Shown: positions 1 through 9,157 of the stretch, piece by piece
How positions within the stretch are numbered: the first letter of the stretch is position 1
Layout: every line of letters starts with the position of its first letter
NCBI GenBank assembly: GCA_965200215.1
Contig: OZ241369.1
Coordinates: forward strand, 1,027,787 to 1,091,786
DNA: 64,000 bases
Source: Alphaproteobacteria bacterium
GTDB taxonomy: Bacteria > Pseudomonadota > Alphaproteobacteria > SP197
Direction of reading: 5' to 3'
The notes under the pieces: model-generated
The model's input: the letters and a program-made list of their open reading frames with translations, nothing else
What the model was told of the DNA's origin: nothing
Database searches by the model: none
Made by a program: the position numbers and the translations under genes

Positions 1-527
1 GCCGTTCTCCATCTTGTCGGTCGCCGTCCCGATGGTCACGCCGCTCTTGACGTCCAGCATGGTCGTGGCGCCGTCCCCGTCGCGCTGAAGGACGAGGATG
101 CCGCGGTTGTTGTACCAGCTGCTGGCCCGCGTGCCGGACTGCGCGATGGCGACGAAGGTGCCCGAGCCGCCGACCGTGAGGTCGATGTTGCGGACCGGGG
201 ATGTGCGGGGCGAGGTCGTGTCATCGTCGGTGCGGATGGTGATGCCGTTGTGCAAGCTGTTGTTGGCGCCGGCCGTTACGGTCGCCGTGGTCGCCGTGCC
301 CGGAACGGTGAGCGTGACGGCGTTCGCCTGATCCCAATAGACGATGCCGGTATAGGCCGCACCCGGGCAGTTTTCGGTGAACGAGTTGCCCGCATTGAGC
401 GCCCCGCAGTCGTTGACCGCCTGCGCCGCCCCCGGCGCCAGCACGAACGCGGTCAGCAGGGCGGCGCCCGCCAGACGGAAACAGCTCTTCACGGACATAT
501 CGCGGATCGCGGAATACAGCATCGGTC
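1..527 (-). CDS. secreted protein, N-terminal part (signal peptide MLYSAIRDMSVKSCFRLAGAALLTAFVLAPGAAQA; T/G/A-rich repetitive sequence; continues beyond window start); possibly a large surface/autotransporter-like protein
   Basis: Own translation of the minus strand from an ATG (revcomp 525-527) preceded by GGAGG. Hydrophobic signal-like N-terminus. Not in the ORF track because it runs off the window edge. Confidence 0.5.
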
Positions 528-625
528 CCCTCCTTCGAACGACCACCGGCGGTGGAAGGGCGGCGTTTATCCCCCCCCCCCCCCGGCGGTGTCAACGGGG
601 GGCGGGCAGTTTTTTCGGGGGTGGG

Positions 626-780
626 GGGTAGTGGCCGGTGGCCGGTGGCCAGTGGCTAGTGGTTAGTGAGAGCGGGGGGTGGGGGCGGTGCCTGGCGGCG
701 GGGGACGGTGCGTCGGCGGGCCTTCGGCCCGTTGCCGGCGGGACGCCGGCGCTCCCAGGGGGGCGCGGTTGGTAGGGGGT
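626..780. repeat. composite GC-rich repeat element (heptamer (A/G)GTGGYN array + GAGAGCGGG...GGTGCCTGGCGG + hairpin core GACGGGCC-n-GGCCCGTT / GCCGGCG-GGA-CGCCGGC)
   Basis: Sequence motif recurs at least 25 times in the window with the same order of modules. Confidence 0.8.
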
Positions 781-801
781 AGTGCCTGGCGGTGGTGCCT
801 T

Positions 802-1092
802 TCAGTTGGCGGCGGTTTCGTCGGCGGGTGCCTGGGCCAGGCGGTCGGGGCGGGCCAGGGCGCCGGCAACCGTGCCTTCGATGCGCGCCATGCGCTCGCG
901 CAACTCCGCCTGCCCCGCCTCGATGCGGACGAGGCGTTCCTCGACGCCGGCAAACCGCGTTTCGATGCGGGTTTCCAGGGCGGCAAAGCGCGCTTCCAGG
1001 GCGGCCATGTCGGCGCGCTGCCAGCCGAACAAGACGACGTTCATGGCCGCGATGGCGAAGAACAGGGTGATGAAGGGGTTGACCTTCGGCAT
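802..1092 (-). CDS. small membrane protein, N-terminal TM helix (PFITLFFAIAAMNVVLFGW) + C-terminal coiled coil with ARFAALETRIE hendecad repeats; paralog 1 of 5
   Basis: ORF track. Five near-identical paralogs (96-115 aa) that differ in hendecad repeat number. Conserved upstream sequence. Confidence 0.7.
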   Translation of the reverse strand: MPKVNPFITLFFAIAAMNVVLFGWQRADMAALEARFAALETRIETRFAGVEERLVRIEAGQAELRERMARIEGTVAGALARPDRLAQAPADETAAN

Positions 1093-1149
1093 GACGGTTT
1101 CCGCCAGGTTCGTTCGTCACCTTAGCGCATGGGGCGCGGGTGGCGGCGA

Positions 1150-1340
1150 GCGGTGCCTGGGTGGGGGGTGGTGCGTTGACCTTGCGGCCCGTTGCCGGCG
1201 GAACGCCGGCGCTTTGGCCAGTGGTCAGTGGCTAGTGGTCAGTGAGAGCGGGTGGTGGGGGCGGTGCCTGGGTGTGGGGCGGTCGGTGCGTTGGCGGCGG
1301 GACGCCGGCGCTCCCAGGGGGCGTGTGGCGGGCAGTGTGC
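1150..1340. repeat. composite GC-rich repeat element (two core copies flanking a heptamer array)
   Basis: Core hairpin motifs ...CGTTGACCTTGCGGCCCGTTGCCGGCGGAACGCCGGCGC... and ...GGCGGCGGGACGCCGGCGCTCCCAGGGGG... Confidence 0.75.
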
Positions 1341-1448
1341 CAGGGGCGCCGGGTGGTGGGTGGCGGGCGAAGCGCTCTTGCTTTTCGGCTTGCTCACGCT
1401 GCTGCCACAGGCTAAGCTGTTGCGACCGTCCCGCATGGAGCCATCGCC

Positions 1449-1712
1449 ATGACCCTTGCCGCCTTCGACACCCTCGCCGCCACCCGCGACCTGGAAGCGG
1501 CCGGCATGGAGCGGCGCCAGGCGGAAGCCGTCGCCGAGGTCACGGCACAGGCGGCCGTCACCGGCCATGGCGAGCTGGCCACCAAGGCGGACCTCGCCAC
1601 CGGTCTCGCCGATCTCAAAACCGCCATGGCGCGGCAGGAAGCGCGTATCTATCTGGCGCTGGTCGGGGTGGTCTTCGCCATCCTCGCCGCCGACAGGTTG
1701 CTGCCTTCGTAG
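1449..1712 (+). CDS. DUF1640-family coiled-coil protein with C-terminal TM helix (FDT...RQAEA...TKADL...LKTAMARQEARIYLALVGVVFAILAA)
   Basis: ORF track. Pattern matches my recollection of the DUF1640 (CCDC90-like) family. Paralog at 2644..2922 and a third copy at 22985..23206. Confidence 0.7.
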   Translation: MTLAAFDTLAATRDLEAAGMERRQAEAVAEVTAQAAVTGHGELATKADLATGLADLKTAMARQEARIYLALVGVVFAILAADRLLPS

Positions 1713-1932
1713 CAGGCTGCACCGGGGCGGCCCGTGGCCGCCGCAATGGAGCCCGCCGCCTTCGATACCCTCGCCGCCAGCCGCGGCCTGGAAGCGCCGG
1801 CATGGGGCGGTGCGTCGGCGGGCCTTGCGGCCCGTTTGCCGGCGGGACGCCGGCGCTCGGGGAAACGGTGCGTGGGCGGGCCTGACGGCCCGCCGGGGGG
1901 CGTGACGCTCGGTCGGTACTGGGGGGCGCCTT

Positions 1933-2280
1933 TCAGTTGGCGGCTTCGGCTTCGTCGGCGGGTGCCTGGGCCAGGCGGTCGGGGCGGGCCAGGGCGCCGG
2001 CAACCGTGCCCTCGATGCGCGCCATGCGCTCGCGCAACTCCGCCTGCCCCGCCTCGATGCGGACGAGGCGTTCCTCGACGCCGGCAAACCGCGTTTCGAT
2101 GCGGGTTTCCAGGGCGGCAAAGCGCGCCTCGATGGCGGCGAAGCGCTCCTCGATGCGGGTTTCCAGGGCGGAGAAGCGCGCTTCCAGGGCGGCCATGTCG
2201 GCCCGCTGCCAGCCGAACAAGACGACGTTCATGGCCGCGATGGCGAAGAACAGGGTGATGAAGGGGTTGACCTTTGGCAT
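1933..2280 (-). CDS. small TM/coiled-coil protein, paralog 2 (115 aa, extra hendecad repeats)
   Basis: ORF track; paralogy to 802..1092. Confidence 0.7.
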   Translation of the reverse strand: MPKVNPFITLFFAIAAMNVVLFGWQRADMAALEARFSALETRIEERFAAIEARFAALETRIETRFAGVEERLVRIEAGQAELRERMARIEGTVAGALARPDRLAQAPADEAEAAN

Positions 2281-2329
2281 GGCGGTTTCCGCCGGACGCG
2301 TTCGCTACCTTAGCGCATGGGGCGCAGGT

Positions 2330-2570
2330 GGCCAAGCGCGGCGGGCGATGGCGAGCAGTGCCTGGGTGGGGGTGGTGCGTTGACCTGGCGGCCCGTTGCC
2401 GGCGGGACGCCGGCGCTTTGGCCGGTGGCCGGTGGCCAGTGAGAGCGGGTGGTGGGGGCGGTGCCTGGGTGGGGCGGTCGGTGCGTTGGCGGCGGGACGC
2501 CGGCGCTCCCAGGGGGCGTGTGGCGGGCGGTGTGCCAGGGGCGCCGGGTGGTGGGTGGCGGGCGAAGTGG
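2330..2570. repeat. composite GC-rich repeat element
   Basis: Same module order as 1150..1340. Region 2300-2650 is a near-duplicate of 1100-1450. Confidence 0.75.
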
Positions 2571-2643
2571 TCTTGCTTCTCGGCTTGCTCACGCCGCTGC
2601 CACAGGCTAAGCTGTCGCGACCGCTCCGCATGGAGCCATCGCC

Positions 2644-2922
2644 ATGACCCTTGCCGCCTTCGACACCCTCGCCGCCACCCGCGACCTGGAAGCGGCCGGC
2701 ATGGAGCGGCGCCAGGCGGAAGCCGTCGCCGAGGTGACGGCACAGGCGGCCGTCACCGGCCATGGCGAACTGGCCACCAAGGCGGACATCAAGGACTTCG
2801 CCACCAAAGCCGACCTCGCCGATCTCAAGGCCGCCATGGCGCGGCAGGAAGCGCGCCTCTATCTGGCGTTGGTCGGGGTGGTCTTCGCCATCCTCGCCGC
2901 CGACAGGTTGCTGCCGTCGTAG
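2644..2922 (+). CDS. DUF1640-family coiled-coil/TM protein (paralog)
   Basis: ORF track; about 90% identical to 1449..1712. Confidence 0.7.
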   Translation: MTLAAFDTLAATRDLEAAGMERRQAEAVAEVTAQAAVTGHGELATKADIKDFATKADLADLKAAMARQEARLYLALVGVVFAILAADRLLPS

Positions 2923-3143
2923 CAGGTCGCGCCGGGGCGGCCCGTGGCCGCCGCAATGGAGCCCGCCGCCTTCGATACCCTCGCCGCCAGCAGCGGCCTG
3001 GAAACGTCGGCGTGGGGCGGTGTGGCAGAGGTGGTGCCTGGCGGCCCGTTGCCGGCGGGACGCCGGCGCTCGGGGAGCGGTGTGTGGGCGGGCCTGGCGG
3101 CCCGCCGGGGGGCGTGACGCTCGGTCGGTACTGGGGGCGCCCT

Positions 3144-3476
3144 TCAGTTGGCGGCGGTTTCGTCGGCGGGTGCCTGGGCCAGGCGGTCGGGGCGGGCCAG
3201 GGCGCCGGCAACCGTGCCTTCGATGCGCGCCATGCGCTCGCGCAACTCCGCCTGACCGGCCTCGATGCGGACGAGGCGTTCCTCGACGCCGGCGAACCGC
3301 GTTTCGATGCGGACCATGCGCTCGCGCAGCTCCACCTGCCCGGCCTCGATGCGGTTGAAGCGCGCCTCGATGCGGGTTTCCAGGGCGGTCATGTCGGCCC
3401 GCTGCCAGCCGAACAGGCCGATGTTCATGGCCGCGATGGCGAGGAACAAGGTGACGAGGGGGTTGATCTTCGGCAT
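3144..3476 (-). CDS. small TM/coiled-coil protein, paralog 3 (divergent: MPKINPLVTLFLAIAAMNIGLFGW)
   Basis: ORF track. Confidence 0.7.
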   Translation of the reverse strand: MPKINPLVTLFLAIAAMNIGLFGWQRADMTALETRIEARFNRIEAGQVELRERMVRIETRFAGVEERLVRIEAGQAELRERMARIEGTVAGALARPDRLAQAPADETAAN

Positions 3477-3688
3477 GACGGTTTCCGCCGGGCGCGTTCG
3501 CTACCTTAGCGCATGGGGCGCGGGTGGCCAAGCGCGGCGGGTGGCGGCGAGCGGTGCCTGGGTGGGGGGTGGTGCGTTGACCTTGCGGCCCGTTGCCGGC
3601 GGGACGCCGGCGCTCGGGGAGCGGTGTGTGGGCGGGCCTGGCGGCCCGCCGGGGAGCGTGACGCTCGGTCGGTACTGGGGGGCGCCCT

Positions 3689-3982
3689 TCAGTTGGCGGC
3701 TTCGGCTTCGTCGGTGGGCGCCTGGGCCAGGCGGTCGGGGCGGGCTAGGGCGCCGGCAACCGTGCCCTCGATGCGCGCCATGCGCTCGCGCAACTCCGCC
3801 TGCCCTGCCTCGATGCGGACGAGGCGTTCCTCGACGCCGGCAAACCTCGTTTCGATGCGGGTTTCCAGGGCAATGAAGCGCGCTTTCAGGGCAGCCATGT
3901 CGGCCCGCTGCCAACCGAACAAGACGACGTTCATGGCCGCGATGGCGAAGAACAGGGTGATGAAGGGGTTGACCTTTGGCAT
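3689..3982 (-). CDS. small TM/coiled-coil protein, paralog 4
   Basis: ORF track. Confidence 0.7.
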   Translation of the reverse strand: MPKVNPFITLFFAIAAMNVVLFGWQRADMAALKARFIALETRIETRFAGVEERLVRIEAGQAELRERMARIEGTVAGALARPDRLAQAPTDEAEAAN

Positions 3983-4242
3983 GACGGTTTCCGCCGGGCG
4001 CGTTCGCTACCTTAGCGCATGGAGCGCGGGTGGCCAAGCGCGGCGGGTGACGGCCGGTGGCTAGTGGCTAGTGGTCGGTGAGAGCGGGAAACGGGGGCGG
4101 TGCCTGACGGCGGGCGTGTGGTGCGTTGGCGGGCCTGGCGGCCCGTTTGCCGGCGGGATGCCGGCGCTCGGGGAGCGGTGTGTGGGCGGGCCTGGCGGCC
4201 CGCCGGGGGGCGTGACGCTCGGTCGGTACTGGGGGGCGCCCT

Positions 4243-4566
4243 TCAGTTGGCGGCGGTTTCGTCGGCGGGTGCCTGGGCTAGGCGGTCGGGGCGGGCCAGG
4301 GCGCCGGCGACCGTGCCTTCGATGCGCGCCATGCGCTCGCGCAGTTCCGCCTGACCGGCCTCGATGCGGACGAGGCGTTCCTCGACGGCGGCAAACCGCG
4401 TTTCGATGCGGGTTTCCAGGGCGGCAAAGCGCGCCTCGATGGCGGCGAAGCGCTCCTCGATGCGGGTTTCCAGGGCGGCCATGTCGGCCCGCTGCCAGCC
4501 GAACAAGACGACGTTCATGGCCGCGATGGCGAAGAACAGGGTGATGAAGGGGTTGACCTTTGGCAT
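4243..4566 (-). CDS. small TM/coiled-coil protein, paralog 5
   Basis: ORF track. Confidence 0.7.
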   Translation of the reverse strand: MPKVNPFITLFFAIAAMNVVLFGWQRADMAALETRIEERFAAIEARFAALETRIETRFAAVEERLVRIEAGQAELRERMARIEGTVAGALARPDRLAQAPADETAAN

Positions 4567-4599
4567 GACGGTTTCCGCCGGGCGCGTTCGCTACCTTAG

Positions 4600-4830
4600 C
4601 GCATGGGGCGCGGGTGGCCAAGGGTGGCGGGTGGCGGCCGGTGGCTAGTGGTTAGTGGTTAGTGGGAGCGGGGGGTGGGGGGTGGGGGCGGTGCCTGGCG
4701 GCGGGATGCTCGGTCGGTGCCTGGAGGCGGGGCGCCGGCGCTCGGGGGGATGGTGTGTGGGCGGGCCGGACGGCCCGCCGGGGGACGTGTGGCTGACGGC
4801 GGTGCCCGGGGGTGCGCTGGGTGGTGGGTG
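4600..4830. repeat. composite GC-rich repeat element
   Basis: Heptamer array + core motifs. Confidence 0.7.
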
Positions 4831-4833
4831 GCT

Positions 4834-5997
4834 TTAGTCCTGGTGGAAATGCCTGGACAGCGCCAGCCCCTGGCCCTGGTAGTGGCTGCCGAGGGCGGCG
4901 CCGTAGAGCAGGTCGGGCCGGGCCAGCAGGCGCTCGTAGCGCAGGCGGCCCATGATCTGGCCGTGTTCCAGGAGGAAGGGCACCTCGTGGCTGCGCACCT
5001 CCAGGACGGCGCGGGAACCGGCGCTGCCGTCGGCGCTCCAGCCGAAGCCGGGGTCGAAAAAGCCGGCGTAGTGGGCGCGGAATTCGCCGACCAGGGTGTC
5101 GTAGGCGGCCATTTCGGCGGCGTGATCGGGCGGCACCTTGACCTGCTCGCGGGTGGCCAGGAGGTAGAACTCGCCGGGATCGAGGATGAGGCGGCCATCG
5201 GCGGGGGGCGGGATGGGGTCCCAGAAGGCCCGCCAGTCCAGCGCCCCCTTACGGTCGATATCGACGATGCCGGCGTGGCGCCGGGCGCGGTAGCCCACCG
5301 GCGCGCCCGGCGCGGCGCCGCGCAGATCGAGCGTGACGGCCAGCGAATCTTCGCGGATGGACGCCTCGCCCTCGGGGGTGTCGACCAGGCGGTGGCGCTG
5401 GTGGAGGCGCGCGAGCGTCACCTCGCCGAAAACCGGCTTGCCGCGCCGGAGCCGCAATTGCGCCAGCCTGGAACCCTGCCTGACGACGGCGCTGAAGGTG
5501 CGCGGCGAGACCTCGGCATAGAGGCGGCCGCGATAGCCGCGCGGCACGCGGTCGAACTCGGTGGCGTAATCGGCGATGACGCGGGTGAAGACGTCGAGCC
5601 GGCCGGTGGAGCTCCTGGGATTGGCGAGGCCGGCGGTCTCGCCCGCGAGCCGCAGCCTTTCCTGCAAGGCCACGACATAGACGCAGCCCTTTTCCAGGAC
5701 GGCGCCGGCGGCCAGGTCGATGCGGTGCATGCCCAGCTGGGAGAGCTTGCGCTCCACCGTGGCGCGCGGTCCCGGCAGAAAGGAGGAGCGCACCCGCCAG
5801 GCGGTCGCGCCCAGGCGGAGATCGATGCTGGCGGGCTGGATCTGGCCGGGAACGAGGGGGCGGTCGGCGAAGATGGCCCTGCCCGCCCCTTCCCGCCCCT
5901 CGCCCACCAGGGCGCGCAGGCGCTGCGAGGGCAGCACGCCGGTGGTGGAGGCGGCGCCGTCGTCGTCGATGAAGCCGAAATGGAACTGTGTCGCCAC
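4834..5997 (-). CDS. dcd: 2'-deoxycytidine 5'-triphosphate deaminase family protein (long two-domain form)
   Basis: ORF track. Motif PASIDLRLG typical of the dCTP deaminase/dUTPase fold. About 387 aa, like the long alphaproteobacterial dCTP deaminase-like proteins. Confidence 0.6.
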   Translation of the reverse strand: MATQFHFGFIDDDGAASTTGVLPSQRLRALVGEGREGAGRAIFADRPLVPGQIQPASIDLRLGATAWRVRSSFLPGPRATVERKLSQLGMHRIDLAAGAVLEKGCVYVVALQERLRLAGETAGLANPRSSTGRLDVFTRVIADYATEFDRVPRGYRGRLYAEVSPRTFSAVVRQGSRLAQLRLRRGKPVFGEVTLARLHQRHRLVDTPEGEASIREDSLAVTLDLRGAAPGAPVGYRARRHAGIVDIDRKGALDWRAFWDPIPPPADGRLILDPGEFYLLATREQVKVPPDHAAEMAAYDTLVGEFRAHYAGFFDPGFGWSADGSAGSRAVLEVRSHEVPFLLEHGQIMGRLRYERLLARPDLLYGAALGSHYQGQGLALSRHFHQD

Positions 5998-6059
5998 GGC
6001 TGCCGCCCCCGACGCCCGGCGGCGAAGCTAGCAGGGTGGGCGGGGGGTGGGCGAGTGGG

Positions 6060-6314
6060 GGGGTAGTGGATAGTGGATAGTGGCCAGTAGCCAGTGGTCG
6101 GTGGCCAGTGGGAGCGGGTGGTGGAGAGGGTGCCCGGCGGTGGGGGGAGTGCGTTGACGGGCCTACGGCCCGTTTGCCGGCGGGACGCCGGCGCTCCCAG
6201 GGGGCGGGACGCCTGGGGGTGGTGGCAAACGGTGCCTGGCCGTTTTCGAACCTAGGCGCTACCGCAAAGATCCAGCGCCACCCGCTCTCACCATCCACTA
6301 ACCACTAGCCACTA
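6060..6314. repeat. composite GC-rich repeat element (heptamer arrays + core + GGCAAACGG...TTCGAACC terminal module), interrupted by IS
   Basis: Motifs as elsewhere. The heptamer array continues at 7165-7200 on the other side of the IS. Confidence 0.7.
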
Positions 6315-7162
6315 GGCTCAGGACCCATAAACGGTCTTGAGTATTGTTGTGAGAAGTGGTTCAAGCTCTTCCAGATATAGAGGAGGCTATCATGTCTGAC
6401 CACCACTTCTGGTTATCGGATGCCCAGTTCGCCCGCATCCAGCCGCTGTTGCCCAACAAGGTGCGCGGTGTGCCCCGGGTCGATGACCGGCGCGTCATCT
6501 CGGGCATCATCCACGTCATTCGCAACGGGCTGAGGTGGCGTGACGCGCCGCCTGAATACGGTCCTCACAAGACCCTCTACAACCGCTTCGTGCGCTGGAG
6601 CAGGGCTGGCGTATTCGGACGCATCTTCGAGGCTCTGGCTGCCGACAGCCGGGCGTCGGGGACGGTGATGATCGACGCCACCTACCTGAAGGCTCACCGG
6701 ACTGCGGCCAGCCTGCTCAAAAAGGGGCTTTTCCGCGATGTATCGGGCGTAGCCGAGGCGGCTTGAACTCGAAGCTGCACGCGGTTTGCGACGGCGATGG
6801 CAAGCCCTTGATCCTGCTGCTGACCGAGGGGCAGGCCAGCGACTACCGGGGTGCCGAGGCCATCTTGCCGGCAGTGCCGGACGCCGATGTCCTGATCGCC
6901 GACAAGGGCTATGACAGCGACCGTTTCCGCCAAGCCCTGGCCGAACGGCGCATCGAGACATGCATCCCCGGACGGGCGAACCGCAAGAGGCCGGTAGAAT
7001 ATGACCCAAAGCTATACCAGCGGCGAAACCTCATCGAACGGATGTTCGGAAGGCTCAAGGACTGGAGGCGCATCGCCACACGATACGACCGATGCGCGCA
7101 CACCTTCTTTAGCGCTATCTGCATCGCCGCCACCGTCATCTTCTGGTTATGAGTCCTGAGCC
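6315..7162 (+). mobile_element. IS5-family insertion sequence (IS427-group-like), about 848 bp, imperfect terminal IRs GGCTCAGGACCCATAAACGG / GGCTCAGGACTCATAACCAG (rc), flanked by TA duplication, inserted into a heptamer array
   Basis: Terminal inverted repeats found by eye. Two overlapping transposase ORFs. Flanks ...CCACTA|IS|TAGCCACTGG. Confidence 0.8.
6392..7152 (+). CDS. IS5-family transposase, orfA (6392..6766) and orfB (to 7152) joined by a programmed -1 frameshift near CTC-AAA-AAG (about 6716-6724)
   Basis: ORF track (6356..6766 and 6763..7152). orfB frame is -1 relative to orfA and open back to the A-run. AGGAGG RBS directly before ATG 6392. DDE_Tnp_1-type sequence in orfB. Confidence 0.8.
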
Positions 7163-7236
7163 TAGCCACTGGCCAGTGGCGACCGGCCACCGGCGACTGT
7201 TGACAGGGCTGGCGGGGGCGGCCTAACCCCGGCGCC

Positions 7237-8595
7237 ATGGTGGAAGCTGTGCGCGTGATCGGCGGCGGGCTGGCCGGGACGGAGGCGGCCTGGCAGATCG
7301 CGCGCGCCGGGCTGCCGGTGGTGCTGGAGGAGATGCGCCCGCAACGCTCCACCCCCGCCCACCGGACCGGGCTGCTGGCGGAGCTGGTCTGTTCCAACTC
7401 CTTCCGTTCCGACGACGGCGACAACAACGCCGTCGGCCTGCTGCACGAGGAGCTGCGGCGGGCCGGTTCCGTCGTGATGGCGGCGGCCGACCGCCACCGG
7501 GTGCCGGCGGGAAGCGCGCTGGCGGTGGACCGGGAGGGCTTCGCGGCGGCGGTGGAGGCGGCGGTGGCGGGCGAGAGGTCGATCGCGGTGGCCCGGCGCG
7601 AGGCGCGGCGCCTGCCCGATGCCGGCCCGGCCATCGTCGCCACCGGGCCGCTGACCTCCGACGCGCTGGCGGCCGACATCCTCCGGGCCACGGGGGCGGA
7701 GGCGCTGGCCTTTTTCGACGCCATCGCGCCCATCGTGCACCGCGACAGCATCGATTTCGACGTCGCCTGGATGCAGTCGCGCTACGACAAGGCGGGGCGC
7801 CCCGGCGACGAGGCGGCCTATATCAATTGCCCGCTTTCGAGGGACGCCTACGACGCTTTCGTGGACGGGCTGGTGGCGGCCGAGGAGGCCGGGTTCCGGG
7901 AGTGGGAGCGGGAGACGCCCTATTTCGAGGGCTGCCTGCCGATCGAGACCATGGCCAGGCGCGGGCGCAACAGCCTGCGTTTCGGCCCCATGAAGCCGGT
8001 GGGCCTCACCGACCCCGGAAGCGGCGAGCGGCCCTTCGCCGTGGTGCAGCTGCGCCAGGACAACGCGCAGGGGACGCTGTTCAACATGGTGGGCTTTCAG
8101 ACCAAGCTGAAGCACGGCGAGCAGCTGCGCCTGTTTCGCACCGTGCCCGGCCTGGGCGAGGCCCGTTTCGCGCGGCTGGGCGGGATGCACCGCAACACCT
8201 TCATCAACAGCCCGGCGCTGCTGGATGGGGCGCTGCGGCTGCGGCGGCGCCCGCATCTGCGCTTCGCCGGCCAGATCGCTGGCGTCGAGGGCTATGTGGA
8301 AAGCGCCGCCATCGGCCTGCTGGCCGGGCGCTTCGCGGCGCTGGAACGGCAGGGGCGCGCCATCCATCCACCGCCGGCGACCACCGCCCTGGGGGCGCTG
8401 CTGAACCACATCACGGTGGGCGCCGACGCCAGCAGCTTTCAGCCCATGAACTGCAATTTCGGGCTGTTCCCGCCGCCGGACCCGCGCCTGCGCGGCAAGC
8501 AGCGGCGCGCCTCCTTCGCCATCCGCGCCCGCGCCGATCTCGGCGCCTGGCTGCAACGGCACGAAGGGCTGTTTGCGGGAGGGGCTGGGGGTTAG
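7237..8595 (+). CDS. trmFO: methylenetetrahydrofolate--tRNA-(uracil54-C5)-methyltransferase TrmFO
   Basis: ORF track. N-terminal FAD motif [12 protein letters not shown]. Conserved [14 protein letters not shown] region. Confidence 0.9.
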   Translation: MVEAVRVIGGGLAGTEAAWQIARAGLPVVLEEMRPQRSTPAHRTGLLAELVCSNSFRSDDGDNNAVGLLHEELRRAGSVVMAAADRHRVPAGSALAVDREGFAAAVEAAVAGERSIAVARREARRLPDAGPAIVATGPLTSDALAADILRATGAEALAFFDAIAPIVHRDSIDFDVAWMQSRYDKAGRPGDEAAYINCPLSRDAYDAFVDGLVAAEEAGFREWERETPYFEGCLPIETMARRGRNSLRFGPMKPVGLTDPGSGERPFAVVQLRQDNAQGTLFNMVGFQTKLKHGEQLRLFRTVPGLGEARFARLGGMHRNTFINSPALLDGALRLRRRPHLRFAGQIAGVEGYVESAAIGLLAGRFAALERQGRAIHPPPATTALGALLNHITVGADASSFQPMNCNFGLFPPPDPRLRGKQRRASFAIRARADLGAWLQRHEGLFAGGAGG

Positions 8596-8599
8596 GGGC

Positions 8600-9135
8600 C
8601 GGTGGCCGGTGGCCAGTGGTTAGTGGTTAGTGGCTAGTGGTCAGTGGCTAGTGGTGCGGGTGGTGTGTGGCGGTGCCTGGCGGTGGGGTGTGGTGCGTTG
8701 ACGGGCCTTGCGGCCCGTTTGCCGGCGGGACGCCGGCGCTCCCAGGGGGCGCGTGTGGCTGACGATGGTGCCTGGGGCAGGTGGCTAGTGGTCAGTGGCC
8801 GGTGGCTAGTGGCCAGTGGTGCGGGTGGTGTGTGGCGGTGCCTGGCGGTGGGGTGTGGTGCGTTGACGGGCCTTGCGGCCCGTTTGCCGGCGGGACGCCG
8901 GCGCTCCCAGGGGGCGCGTGTGGCTGACGATGGTGCCTGGGGCAGGTGGCTAGTGGTCAGTGGCCGGTGGCTAATGGCCAGTGGTGCGGGTGGTGTGTGG
9001 TGGTGCCTGGCGGTGGGGACGGTGCGTGGGCGGGCCTTCGGCCCGTTTGCCGGCGGGACGCCGGCGCTCGGGGAAACGATGTGTGGGCGGGCCTGACGGC
9101 CCGCCGGGGGGCGTGACGCTGGCGGCGGTGCCTGG
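8600..9135. repeat. three tandem copies of the composite repeat element (about 178-bp units duplicated at 8644-8820 and 8822-9000, plus a third core)
   Basis: Near-identical tandem blocks, each ending in heptamer arrays. Confidence 0.75.
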
Positions 9136-9157
9136 GGGCGACGAGGCGGTGGGGCTT

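Noticed and set aside
782-4650. Long plus- and minus-strand ORFs (e.g. 782..1885, 1649..2743, 2274..3509, 2305..3531) overlapping the small TM/coiled-coil and DUF1640 genes
   Set aside because: Pro/Arg/Gly-rich low-complexity translations that repeat because the underlying DNA is repeated. They lie opposite to or out of frame with the paralogous small genes that have sensible TM/coiled-coil architecture.
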